A stretch of 56,730 nt of DNA from a virus. Its lineage: Duplodnaviria > Caudoviricetes. Location of the stretch: positions 1-56,730 of IMG/VR virus record IMGVR_UViG_3300022752_000084, one strand, 5' to 3'. Under the pieces are notes generated by a model. It made no database searches. It was not told the origin of the DNA and worked only from the letters and a program-made list of their open reading frames with translations. Positions within the stretch are counted from its first letter, which is position 1. Each line of letters starts with the position of its first letter. This document shows, in pieces, positions 46,219 through 54,690 of the stretch. The position numbers and the translations under genes are program-made.

Positions 46219-46409
46219 TATCGCAAGGACCTCTACCAGCAACACAGCTTGGGGAATTTTTAGGGTGGTCAAAACACAGGATTGCCCGCCAACTCAAACA
46301 ACTGCATCTTTTTGAACTTATCAAAAAAACAAAGTTTGAATCTCATGTCTTATACGCTGTCAACGGTCACCACCTCCATCTCATTCAAGGACTTTTAGAA
46401 AATGATTAA
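46074..46409 (+). CDS. winged-helix DNA-binding protein (start uncertain)
   Basis: LVSQGPLPATQLGEFLGWSKHRIARQLKQL...LI. Confidence 0.65.
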   Translation: MDSEENTEQNDAGTYRAQVQKINFFTLSHKHKKLVACINHNRQLLYVLVSQGPLPATQLGEFLGWSKHRIARQLKQLHLFELIKKTKFESHVLYAVNGHHLHLIQGLLEND

Positions 46410-46821
46410 TTTACAAGAACCCAAAAAACCTCTTTGGGATCCTAAATATATGATCGATAATTTACCTCCTTGGTTATATACAGATAATGAAGAACCTACA
46501 TCGTTAGTTGAATGTGAAGCAAAAGTTAAATCTTTAGAATTTACACTGCAAGACATTGATCTTCAAATTCAGATACGAGAGCTAGAACTCAAAACAGGCA
46601 GTAGCCGCTATGGATCCTCATTTGAGTTTGAAAAGTGGCAAGCGCAAGCACTGAAAGCCAAACAAACGCATTTGTATTTACTTAATGCGTACACCTACTG
46701 GTTTTTACTTAATAAAGAGCCTTCCTCTGAAATAGGAGAACATAAAAATTTTAAAAAATTAATCCGAATTTTGATTGAAGATCCCACGGACATCGTTGAA
46801 CAGTTGACAAAACTACTGTAA
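46402..46821 (+). CDS. hypothetical helical protein
   Basis: 139-aa ORF. Confidence 0.7.
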   Translation: MINLQEPKKPLWDPKYMIDNLPPWLYTDNEEPTSLVECEAKVKSLEFTLQDIDLQIQIRELELKTGSSRYGSSFEFEKWQAQALKAKQTHLYLLNAYTYWFLLNKEPSSEIGEHKNFKKLIRILIEDPTDIVEQLTKLL

Positions 46822-46830
46822 ACTCTACGT

Positions 46831-46957
46831 GCGTTGCTCGGTAAGAAGGGTCCGGCATCGTTATTGGGAGGTGCTAGATTTTTTCATCCTTTCCGTCTAG
46901 CGGTAAGTGCTCGTTATTGCCAGGCGCCTGGTGACTACGCGGCCTCCTCATTTTTTT
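46831..46957 (+). ncRNA. candidate small structured RNA or attenuator
   Basis: TAAACT at 46819; stems GGAGG/CCTCC, GCTAGA/TCTAGC and CCAGG/CCTGG; T7 tract. Confidence 0.45.
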
Positions 46958-46976
46958 AACTTCTACAAAACTTACC

Positions 46977-47279
46977 ATGAACTTAAAAGAACTTATCGAA
47001 TGCCTACGCAGCATTGACACCTCATTACAAGTCATTGCAAGCACCCATTCAGGGAACATAACTACAGCATTTGTAAACAAAAAAACAATGGCTGCGAGGA
47101 TGAGCGTCCCTCCCGTAACCATAGATAAATTAATCCATCAGGGTCTTATCTCTGGTGGGGCTTCTGGGTTGGTCGAAGGAAAACACTATTGCAAAATCGA
47201 TCCTACGGAAAACAACACCAACAATTTTTTGTTTGATGCTGTTAAAGTAATGGCAGACGCATGGAACTCTTTCCAGTAA
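46977..47279 (+). CDS. HTH/excisionase-like DNA-binding protein
   Basis: MAARMSVPPVTIDKLI...LVEGKHY. Confidence 0.55.
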   Translation: MNLKELIECLRSIDTSLQVIASTHSGNITTAFVNKKTMAARMSVPPVTIDKLIHQGLISGGASGLVEGKHYCKIDPTENNTNNFLFDAVKVMADAWNSFQ

Positions 47280-47280
47280 A

Positions 47281-47703
47281 ATGTTCAAATTTCTATCTAA
47301 CCGGACTAAAAAATTCGCCTCTACCTTATTTGGCAAAAGCGAATTTCAGAATCGTATGGCATTGAATACAGTTAAATTAATTTTAAACGACATCGATGTC
47401 CTCTATAAAGAATATCGCACCCACGTTGGACCAGGCGTTTTATTTTTTAACCCAGAATCCCCTAATAAAAGCTCTTATTTAAACGTTAAGCAAATAAAAG
47501 AAGACCTAGCTAGGGCTGAAGAATTTTGCGATGAAGGGACTGCATCCTTTTTAAAAAAAGTGATTTCTATGGCAGAACGCACCAAGTTAAAAGATCCTGT
47601 TGTTGTTATGGTCGAACCAGCACGACTCAGTGTTCATGTTTTGAATATTGAGGAGTCGACAAAACAACTAGAGGAATTAGCGAGTGCCGTTGGCAAATAT
47701 TGA
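47281..47703 (+). CDS. hypothetical protein
   Basis: 140-aa ORF. Confidence 0.7.
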   Translation: MFKFLSNRTKKFASTLFGKSEFQNRMALNTVKLILNDIDVLYKEYRTHVGPGVLFFNPESPNKSSYLNVKQIKEDLARAEEFCDEGTASFLKKVISMAERTKLKDPVVVMVEPARLSVHVLNIEESTKQLEELASAVGKY

Positions 47704-48262
47704 TTTTGTTTCTCCACCAGAAGTAATCGGAACAGTAACGTCTTTTTTTGGAGGGGAAATCGGATTAGATCCGTGTTCAAGCGAATTTGCGAACACTATG
47801 GTTTGTGCAAATCGCTATTTTTCATGGGAACAAAACGGGTTAAAACAAAAGTGGAAATCAAAAAATGTTTATGTATATCCACCCAGAGATTTTTTGACCC
47901 CTATAGAGCAGCCGCCAGACAGTGTGTTGTTTCGTAAAAAACGAAGGTTCACAAAATCTGCACAACGAATTTGGTTAGAAGAATGTGTGAGGCGTTATCA
48001 AAGAAACGAATTTGATGAGGCGATAGTTTTTTTAACGTCTACCGAAGTTGCGCTTCTGGTGACTCAAAAGTTAAACATAGATTTTCCCCTTTGTATTTTA
48101 AAAGAAAGACCCGAACTTTATTTAGATGAGCCTGGTTTGCCAAAGTTAGGTCCTACCAAATGTTTTGGTTTTATCTTATATTTACCTAAACTTATAAATC
48201 CGCAGAAAGCCGTGTTTGAGTTTCGGGAGATGTTTAGTAATATTGGACGTGTGTATTGTTAA
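47684..48262 (+). CDS. phage N6-adenine methyltransferase-like protein, motif IV degenerate
   Basis: I.LDPCSS..AN..V.A.RYF....NGLKQKW...VYV-YPPR (normally NPPY). Confidence 0.7.
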   Translation: MPLANIDFVSPPEVIGTVTSFFGGEIGLDPCSSEFANTMVCANRYFSWEQNGLKQKWKSKNVYVYPPRDFLTPIEQPPDSVLFRKKRRFTKSAQRIWLEECVRRYQRNEFDEAIVFLTSTEVALLVTQKLNIDFPLCILKERPELYLDEPGLPKLGPTKCFGFILYLPKLINPQKAVFEFREMFSNIGRVYC

Positions 48263-48530
48263 GGGATTCTTTAGTGGCGTAATTGTCGTCTGGTCCGAAA
48301 CCGTCGCCCACACCAAAACCCACGCCGACAGGAGACGCTTTCATTTTTTTACGAGTTCTTTCTTTTGCTAACCTGGATCCTCGTTCCTTTAAACTTTCCT
48401 CCCATATCTCTCCCGCTAATCGAATAGTTCTGATTCCCCTGTATTTATAGTCGTGCTTTGCCTCTGGGGCGTGTGAATGAAAATCTACCTTGCGCTCATG
48501 TAACGAGGGCCTTATTTCATAATCAGACAT
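48234..48530 (-). CDS. hypothetical protein with RLAG motif
   Basis: 98-aa ORF. Confidence 0.65.
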   Translation of the reverse strand: MSDYEIRPSLHERKVDFHSHAPEAKHDYKYRGIRTIRLAGEIWEESLKERGSRLAKERTRKKMKASPVGVGFGVGDGFGPDDNYATKESLNNTHVQYY

Positions 48531-48951
48531 TGTAGGTATACAAATTTCTCATAGAATCCGTATCCGCTTTCAAGTATTGTCCAGGAACCTTACCAGTGGC
48601 ATAAGCCATAAAATTAGGATCGTTAAGATTACTGAGTCCTCGTAAGTCTTTCAATCGATTTACATAAGTTTCATACTGAGAAGTTAAATCTGGTTTAAAC
48701 TCATCTAATTGAGTTTCATATTTAGTTGTTAAACCGGGGATAACTGTAGAGAACATTTTTTTATATTCTTCAATTGCGCCAGGAGCTGTGATTCCTGTTA
48801 AACCTTTTATGTTTGCAATAGATTCTTGAGCTCGGCTATAAGCTTCTTGAGCTGCTTGGTTTGCAGCATCTGTAGCTTGTCTTTGAGCATTGGCAGTATT
48901 CTGAGCAGAAATAATAGCTGCGTACATTGCAGCAGAATCGTTTTTAGCCAT
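48523..48951 (-). CDS. putative internal virion protein
   Basis: Ala/Gln-rich helical N-terminus; TAGAAT -10 at 48980. Confidence 0.6.
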   Translation of the reverse strand: MAKNDSAAMYAAIISAQNTANAQRQATDAANQAAQEAYSRAQESIANIKGLTGITAPGAIEEYKKMFSTVIPGLTTKYETQLDEFKPDLTSQYETYVNRLKDLRGLSNLNDPNFMAYATGKVPGQYLKADTDSMRNLYTYNV

Positions 48952-48999
48952 GAATCTTTTCGTTAAAAACCCTACTGTTATTCTACAAGCTTTTTTAAA

Positions 49000-50427
49000 T
49001 TAGCCCATACCTGGACTTGGGCTGTAAGGAAGACCTTTGCGAATCGTATCCCTTAGTTGATTACGCACTTGTAAAGTTTCAGCACTTGCTGTTGATTTAC
49101 CTGGATCAAAGAAATCCATTGAAACATGAGCCCCAGTGGTAGACCCAGATCTACCTTGTTTACCTAAGTAATACCCAGTAGGAATCTTCATTCCTGGTTT
49201 TAATGATGGGTTAAGTTCGTCAAAGTGAGCAATCAAAGTATCTACTTCTTTTCCTTGCGGAGTGCGAAAACGTAATTCAACGGCATTTCCATAACCACGA
49301 CGGGTATCACCCTCCTCTAGCCTGTACTCTCCAGGGCTTTTACTAACTTTTAAAACTTCAGCTTCGACCGGAGACACAAAAGGAGCTCCCCGCTTACCAC
49401 CTGCGATAACAAAATCAAATCCAGGTTGTCCCGGATCCGCCTCGGATGTTATCTGTACTCCAGCAAAGCGCACCGGTCCCGTAGTTCCAGGGACACCTTG
49501 AGCAGGTTTGGCTGCTGTTTGCGTGTTGACTGCAACTGCCTGAGCAGCTTGATTAGCCTGCAAACCTTTTAAAGTTTCTTCAATTCGTTTAACTTTTTCA
49601 TAATATGCTGCCTCTTGATTTTGAAGTCCGACGATACTGGAAGCTATTTCTGTGGGATCCACTACAGGATTAGGTCCTAAAGCCACGGTGCTACTGGCTT
49701 GGGAGCGGAGAATGTCAGCCAACTGTGATCCCTGATCGCCTCCCTCTAGTTCTAGCTCATCGGCTTGAGCCATGAGATTGCTGTATTTAGAAATACTCTC
49801 TATTTCAGAAGGGTCACTAACACCCTGCACCAACTTACCCAATAAGACACCTTCTAACTTGGTGTTAAAATCAAAAGGTTTAACATCTAGTGCAGCGGCA
49901 ATTGGAGCGGGGATCGCGTCACTAGGAGAAGGTTTCTCAACCGAGACTTCGCTTTGACGTGGGAAATTAGGTACGGACTGCTTTGCATATTTTTGTAAAT
50001 CAGCAAACGATTTAACCGGCTGGTTGTAGTAGCTCTTACCAGCTAATGTTGGCAAAGAAGCCCATTCCGGTGCAAGCTTAGCAATTGTTTGAGGCGTAAT
50101 TGGATCTTTATAGGGATCCACGCCTCGTTGGCGCATTAATTCAACTGCAGCTAGATCTTGCGCAGCGGGGCCAAAATCAGATAAACCTAATTTTTTAGAA
50201 ACCTCACTCCAAGTATCTGGCATGAATTGATAACGCCCAGCTGCGGCACTAGCAATACCGGGGGCCTTAACTACTACATCAGGATGACGTCGTAAATCTT
50301 TAAAGGTTCCTCCGCCAAACATGACGTTATATCCCTGCCCCGTACGGGATTTGTCCGTACCTTCGGCGTAGGCAAGTAAATCAAGCCATTGACGGGCTTT
50401 TGGGTCACGGATCGGCTGGACAGGCAT
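49000..50427 (-). CDS. virion-associated muramidase (lambda R-like) plus M23 peptidase
   Basis: LAYAEGT...YNVMFGG...AAGRYQF..DTW...QD.AA...EWASLP; GYGN...AHF...G.QG.SG.TTGAH. Confidence 0.88.
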   Translation of the reverse strand: MPVQPIRDPKARQWLDLLAYAEGTDKSRTGQGYNVMFGGGTFKDLRRHPDVVVKAPGIASAAAGRYQFMPDTWSEVSKKLGLSDFGPAAQDLAAVELMRQRGVDPYKDPITPQTIAKLAPEWASLPTLAGKSYYNQPVKSFADLQKYAKQSVPNFPRQSEVSVEKPSPSDAIPAPIAAALDVKPFDFNTKLEGVLLGKLVQGVSDPSEIESISKYSNLMAQADELELEGGDQGSQLADILRSQASSTVALGPNPVVDPTEIASSIVGLQNQEAAYYEKVKRIEETLKGLQANQAAQAVAVNTQTAAKPAQGVPGTTGPVRFAGVQITSEADPGQPGFDFVIAGGKRGAPFVSPVEAEVLKVSKSPGEYRLEEGDTRRGYGNAVELRFRTPQGKEVDTLIAHFDELNPSLKPGMKIPTGYYLGKQGRSGSTTGAHVSMDFFDPGKSTASAETLQVRNQLRDTIRKGLPYSPSPGMG

Positions 50428-50650
50428 CTTCGTCGTGGAATAACTGCATATTTGTATCTACACATATTCCAACTTCATCCATCACGGACTTGTAAGCCCG
50501 CTCTCTACATATTAGTCGATAAACTATGGTCCACAAATACGTATCCCGTTCTTTACCTTTTAGAGACGATGCTTTATTTTTTATTCGCGTTAAAACGAAC
50601 TCATCTTCCATGGTGAGCCCGCAAGTAACTCTGTTGTCGGCTTTTTTCAC
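50405..50650 (-). CDS. second, more divergent NblA-like protein
   Basis: LTMEDEF...YL......L.CRERAYKSVM aligns with NblA LSLEQQF...FL..LY.QM..RE..Y..LL. Confidence 0.5.
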   Translation of the reverse strand: MKKADNRVTCGLTMEDEFVLTRIKNKASSLKGKERDTYLWTIVYRLICRERAYKSVMDEVGICVDTNMQLFHDEDACPADP

Positions 50651-50710
50651 AATCGGAAGCGAAGCTGCCCTAAGCCTAGCTAAGAATAGGGCAGCCCCCT
50701 TAAACTCAAA

Positions 50711-50980
50711 TTACGGCACATTAGATTTAGACTCCCACATCTTACATGACCAATACCCAGGTGTTAATTTGCTTTTTTGCTCATCACAGCTATGACGTGC
50801 TCTAAAGTTACTTCTACGCTCTGGATCATCCCTTTTTATCTCCATATTTGCGTCCCCAAAGCGAACTAACTTGATTTTATCGCCTTCTTTTGCAGCCACG
50901 GCGAATTTTTTACCTCCCTCCACATCCCTTTTTGGTTGGTTATATCCCTTAAAAATTTCCCCAGCAAGCCGAATAGACAT
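50711..50980 (-). CDS. conserved phage protein (DUF6321-like) with RLAG motif
   Basis: KKFAV..K.G.K.KLVRFGD.NM.IK...P.RR.NFRARH.C...K.K.TPGYWSCK.W. Confidence 0.7.
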   Translation of the reverse strand: MSIRLAGEIFKGYNQPKRDVEGGKKFAVAAKEGDKIKLVRFGDANMEIKRDDPERRSNFRARHSCDEQKSKLTPGYWSCKMWESKSNVP

Positions 50981-51110
50981 AACAAAATTCCCTTTTCCTT
51001 AGTTTAGCTATGCAAAAAATAAAAAAGGAGAAGCTTTCTATTTTTTTTGTGGCGCACACAGTAAATCAAGCTAGTATTTAGGCGTTCACAGACACGCAAT
51101 CGCACACAAG

Positions 51111-51377
51111 ATGTCGGACAAATCCATGCTCACAATTGCCGAGACTGCCGAGCTCTTAAACTGCAGCGCCGGTTTCGTTCGTAAGAGAATCGCTCTTTCA
51201 GAATCAAACCTTGCAGGAGGTTGGCCAAAAACCATCTATGTAAACCTCCAACCAAACGGCGCCAAATCTTTATTCCGAATTAATAAAGGAGCGCTTGAAG
51301 AATATCTTCAAACTAACGAAACTTCCCCTACAATTGAAGAACAAACAGAAGTCGCCTGCGCTTTTCGCTCCGTTTAA
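51111..51377 (+). CDS. HTH_17 excisionase-like DNA-binding protein
   Basis: MLTIAETAELLNCS..FVRKRI...FRI....LEEYL. Confidence 0.75.
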   Translation: MSDKSMLTIAETAELLNCSAGFVRKRIALSESNLAGGWPKTIYVNLQPNGAKSLFRINKGALEEYLQTNETSPTIEEQTEVACAFRSV

Positions 51378-51380
51378 CCA

Positions 51381-51911
51381 ATGAATACCCCAGACTCTTT
51401 TGACTATACCGAAAATTCGCCATTACCAGAAGAGTCTGGGCAATTTATGGTTGCCGATGAGCCCACGCTGGAATTAAGTGTTCTTATAGAGAACTTGATT
51501 TCTTTTTCGTCTTATCTAAATCAAATGTACCTCCAATCACACTTAATTCATCTAAATGTGGAGGGTCCTTTGTTCCTTCCTGTTCATGAGTTTTTGAAAA
51601 AACAGTATTCTGCTCACATTGAGCAGTTTGACAGCATCGCTGAGTACGTTCGAAGCATGGATTATCTCATGCCTATGTGCGCTAAAGGACTTTTACAAAC
51701 TTTTAAAGGTTTTAAACATGTTAAGTCCTACGATACTCGTGAAATGTTGACTATATATGTAAAAAATTTAGAAACTGCAGGCATGGAAGCTAAAAATTTA
51801 GCAAAAATGTCCGAATGTGCCGGGGCTGTAGACGTTGCGAATTATTTACAGGAACTTGTAGGGGATATGTTTAAAGCTGCCTGGTTTGTTAAAGCAACTT
51901 TACGCGGCTAA
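51381..51911 (+). CDS. dps: Dps/ferritin-like protein
   Basis: H..H.NVEGP.F..VHEFL..QY......FDSIAEYVR; K.AWF. Confidence 0.88.
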   Translation: MNTPDSFDYTENSPLPEESGQFMVADEPTLELSVLIENLISFSSYLNQMYLQSHLIHLNVEGPLFLPVHEFLKKQYSAHIEQFDSIAEYVRSMDYLMPMCAKGLLQTFKGFKHVKSYDTREMLTIYVKNLETAGMEAKNLAKMSECAGAVDVANYLQELVGDMFKAAWFVKATLRG

Positions 51912-52588
51912 ACCTTAATCCAAGCGCCTTTCGCAGACACAAATAAACCACTTGGCTGCGCACCTGAGGGAATTACGTTATAAACCATCGTACCTGAGGC
52001 ACCTACAGCAGGTAATCCACTAGAAACGATGGTAACCACGGGCAAACCAAGAGCTGTGACTACTCCAGACGCTAAAATTGCACCAGAAGCTAACAGTGCA
52101 GTTTGACTTGTTATAGAACCCGAAGCTAAAATTGCACCAGAAGCTAAGATTGCACCAGAAGTTAACAGTGCAGTTTGACTTGTTATAGAACCCGAAGCTA
52201 AAATTGCACCAGAAGCTAAAATAGCCGTATTGGCTGTATTAGCCGTGGCCGCAGTTGTTGCGGAAGTTGCAGTATCTGCAAAACCAGCGCCAACTTTTTG
52301 CCAAATGGAACCAGTCCACACTTGTAAATAGTATGGGCTTGACGAAGTAGTCCAAGTTTCTCCGATTGAATTCCCAGGTAAGCCAATTGGAGTGGAGTTT
52401 GGCGCTGTGCTCCCATAAAAATTGGAACCTACTTTACGAATATCTCCGGCGCTATCCTCAAAGTACATGCCGGGATCGGCGGCGCCAAAGGAAAGAGCCA
52501 TCTCTCCCGCTTGAATAGTGACGCCACTTGGCCTATCGGAAGCTTGACCAGTCCGTTTTAGTAGAAGAATAAAAGGAGTGCTTGTCAT
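51908..52588 (-). CDS. tail fibre-like protein with LASGAI repeats
   Basis: LLKR.G.A..RP.....AGE.ALSF.A.DPG.YF.DS.G.IRKVG N-terminus. Confidence 0.7.
   Translation of the reverse strand: MTSTPFILLLKRTGQASDRPSGVTIQAGEMALSFGAADPGMYFEDSAGDIRKVGSNFYGSTAPNSTPIGLPGNSIGETWTTSSSPYYLQVWTGSIWQKVGAGFADTATSATTAATANTANTAILASGAILASGSITSQTALLTSGAILASGAILASGSITSQTALLASGAILASGVVTALGLPVVTIVSSGLPAVGASGTMVYNVIPSGAQPSGLFVSAKGAWIKV
52071..52222 (-). repeat. tandem coding repeats
   Basis: GCTAAAATTGCACCAGAA units and duplicated AACAGTGCAGTTTGACTTGTTATAGAACCCGAA. Confidence 0.9.
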
Positions 52589-54115
52589 TTAATAAGTACC
52601 ACCGTTGATTGTACCACTTGGAATAAAAGTGGGAGATACGATACCGGAAGCATAGAGACCTCCAAGAATAATATTAACTGGTTGGGTGACTAAAACTCCG
52701 CTGCTATAAGTGCCTCCATCTATAATAAGGCGCTGAAAAGCGTCTGGAGCAAAAGGATTAAATTCAGGAACAGTAAACATTTGAAAATTATCAACACTTA
52801 AAGGTCCTCCTATTCCTGAGCCTCCTACATTCATAACTTTGACCATAAGATTTTGCATATCCTCATACATCATGTGTACAGGCATATTGTCTTTTGCTGG
52901 TGACTGTCGTTGCCACCAACTAAGATTTCGCTCGCGTTTTAAGAAGTCCAATTCTTTTTTTAATTTTCTATCAAACATTTCTCGATAATATTCATTTAAT
53001 GGTTCATCCGTTGGCTGTACAAGCCACGGTTTAGTAAAGTCCCCTTGATTGTATTTAATTTGCATATCCCACATAGCTGCATAAATATGCTTGCACCATT
53101 TGGGTTGATGGTAGTACAAGTTAGGATCTGAGAAAGAAGCTTCTGAAGAAGTAGGTATGTCATAAATTTGATTTAGATAAATAACACCAAAATCTCGAAC
53201 AGCTCCTGGATTATCTTTAGACCCTAAATTGGTCGGGCTATTACTACCGTTGTAATAAATTCCTGGGGTAACATTTAATGCTTGAGTTACTGGATACTGA
53301 CCTTTTTGTGTGCGTTTGTATAAGTTAAAACTTTCCCTTGCTAAGAAATCAGGACACGTACATCCATAACGCATTTCTGTTTGCAGGTATTCTCCAACTA
53401 AAGGAGGTCCTGAAGCAGGAATTGTTAATGTAGTCGCATCAACAACACTCCAACTATTCTCTGCAGAAGTAGAAAGAAAAAGAGTGTTAAAAATAGGGGC
53501 AAAAGTGGGAGTAAGAGGAACGTTATTAAAACCAACTGCGACAACTGTATAGTTATTAAAGCCATACGTTTTTTGTGTACCGTTCGCATTATAAATATTA
53601 GAAACAACCTCTCCTGTAAAAAAAGAAATAGGTGCTCCAAATCTTGAATTTAATTTAACCGCAAGTGTTGTCGCATCATATTGAGTAACAGCAGAAATCG
53701 CATATCCAAAATCAAGAAAGTTAAAACTACCGCGTGGACGTATACCCACCATGTACATACGCATATCCGTTTGTGAAGACGGATACATAAAAGCTATCCC
53801 CGGTACAAAAATACCAGTGTTTACTCTATTAATAAAATATTTAAAAGAATAAGTCAAACCTTCGTACGCCTGATTGGCATACATAGATAATTCATAACCA
53901 CGCCGCCAACGAGTCCAGAGAGAAACGTAGTTGTACTCGGCTTCAGGTGAGTAATTCTTAGTATTTAAAGTCGGACGAAAGCGACGTTCAAAAGGTAGTG
54001 GACGTAAGAGTTGTTGAGAATTATCCGCACCCGTAACATTCTTAAAAGTTTTAAAATCGTCTAATTTCTTTAAATTACGAAACCCGAAATCATCGGAGCC
54101 CTTGTGTCGGGCCAT
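52589..54115 (-). CDS. SWIM zinc-finger-containing late protein
   Basis: CTCPDF...WCKHIYA with a long insert; C-terminal DGGTY/GGLY/NGGTY repeats. Confidence 0.65.
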   Translation of the reverse strand: MARHKGSDDFGFRNLKKLDDFKTFKNVTGADNSQQLLRPLPFERRFRPTLNTKNYSPEAEYNYVSLWTRWRRGYELSMYANQAYEGLTYSFKYFINRVNTGIFVPGIAFMYPSSQTDMRMYMVGIRPRGSFNFLDFGYAISAVTQYDATTLAVKLNSRFGAPISFFTGEVVSNIYNANGTQKTYGFNNYTVVAVGFNNVPLTPTFAPIFNTLFLSTSAENSWSVVDATTLTIPASGPPLVGEYLQTEMRYGCTCPDFLARESFNLYKRTQKGQYPVTQALNVTPGIYYNGSNSPTNLGSKDNPGAVRDFGVIYLNQIYDIPTSSEASFSDPNLYYHQPKWCKHIYAAMWDMQIKYNQGDFTKPWLVQPTDEPLNEYYREMFDRKLKKELDFLKRERNLSWWQRQSPAKDNMPVHMMYEDMQNLMVKVMNVGGSGIGGPLSVDNFQMFTVPEFNPFAPDAFQRLIIDGGTYSSGVLVTQPVNIILGGLYASGIVSPTFIPSGTINGGTY

Positions 54116-54118
54116 GGC

Positions 54119-54676
54119 TCAATAGAACCCGCCTTGCGCGAATAGAGAAAGACCTGATGGACTTAAACCACCCGACACCGCTGTTCTTCCTGCTCCAATG
54201 TACCCAGCACAGAGAATGTAGCCTTTTTCTAAGTAAAGTCCTTCTCCTTTACCGATCTCAATTGGTCGAGTTAAACCAGTAGCATCTCCTACCGCAGGAA
54301 CAGGAGCATTAACTGCGGGCAACTCAAAGTGTTGAATTAAACCAGCAGTACCACTTTCTAAAACAAATTCTGCACGGGTAATTACCAATGGAGCTGAGGT
54401 GGCAGGCGCAGATTGGTTGGGGGCATAAATATAGAGACCGAGTTCAGCTGTCCTTCGACCAGCATTAGTAGGATAAAATTCATTACTTACTAAAAAAATG
54501 TCTTCAACAAAAGCCCCATCCTCACTTGGTAAATCTCCGACTCGTACAAGTTGTACTAAGTCAGAAAAATTAGGATTGGAGGGGTTGACTGTTGTAGTGG
54601 CGCTATTAATCTTACCACCACGCAAAAACGGGCGGTCAATCAGACAGGGTTGTTTGTTGGTACTGGTGCTGCTCAT
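54119..54676 (-). CDS. putative virion structural protein
   Basis: MSSTSTNKQP.LIDRP...AQGGFY; beta-rich. Confidence 0.65.
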   Translation of the reverse strand: MSSTSTNKQPCLIDRPFLRGGKINSATTTVNPSNPNFSDLVQLVRVGDLPSEDGAFVEDIFLVSNEFYPTNAGRRTAELGLYIYAPNQSAPATSAPLVITRAEFVLESGTAGLIQHFELPAVNAPVPAVGDATGLTRPIEIGKGEGLYLEKGYILCAGYIGAGRTAVSGGLSPSGLSLFAQGGFY

Positions 54677-54690
54677 AAAAACTCCTTTGG

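Noticed and set aside
46977-51377. Excisionase-like HTH genes as evidence of lysogeny
   Set aside because: No integrase or repressor is present in the window, and such HTH proteins are common in lytic phages.
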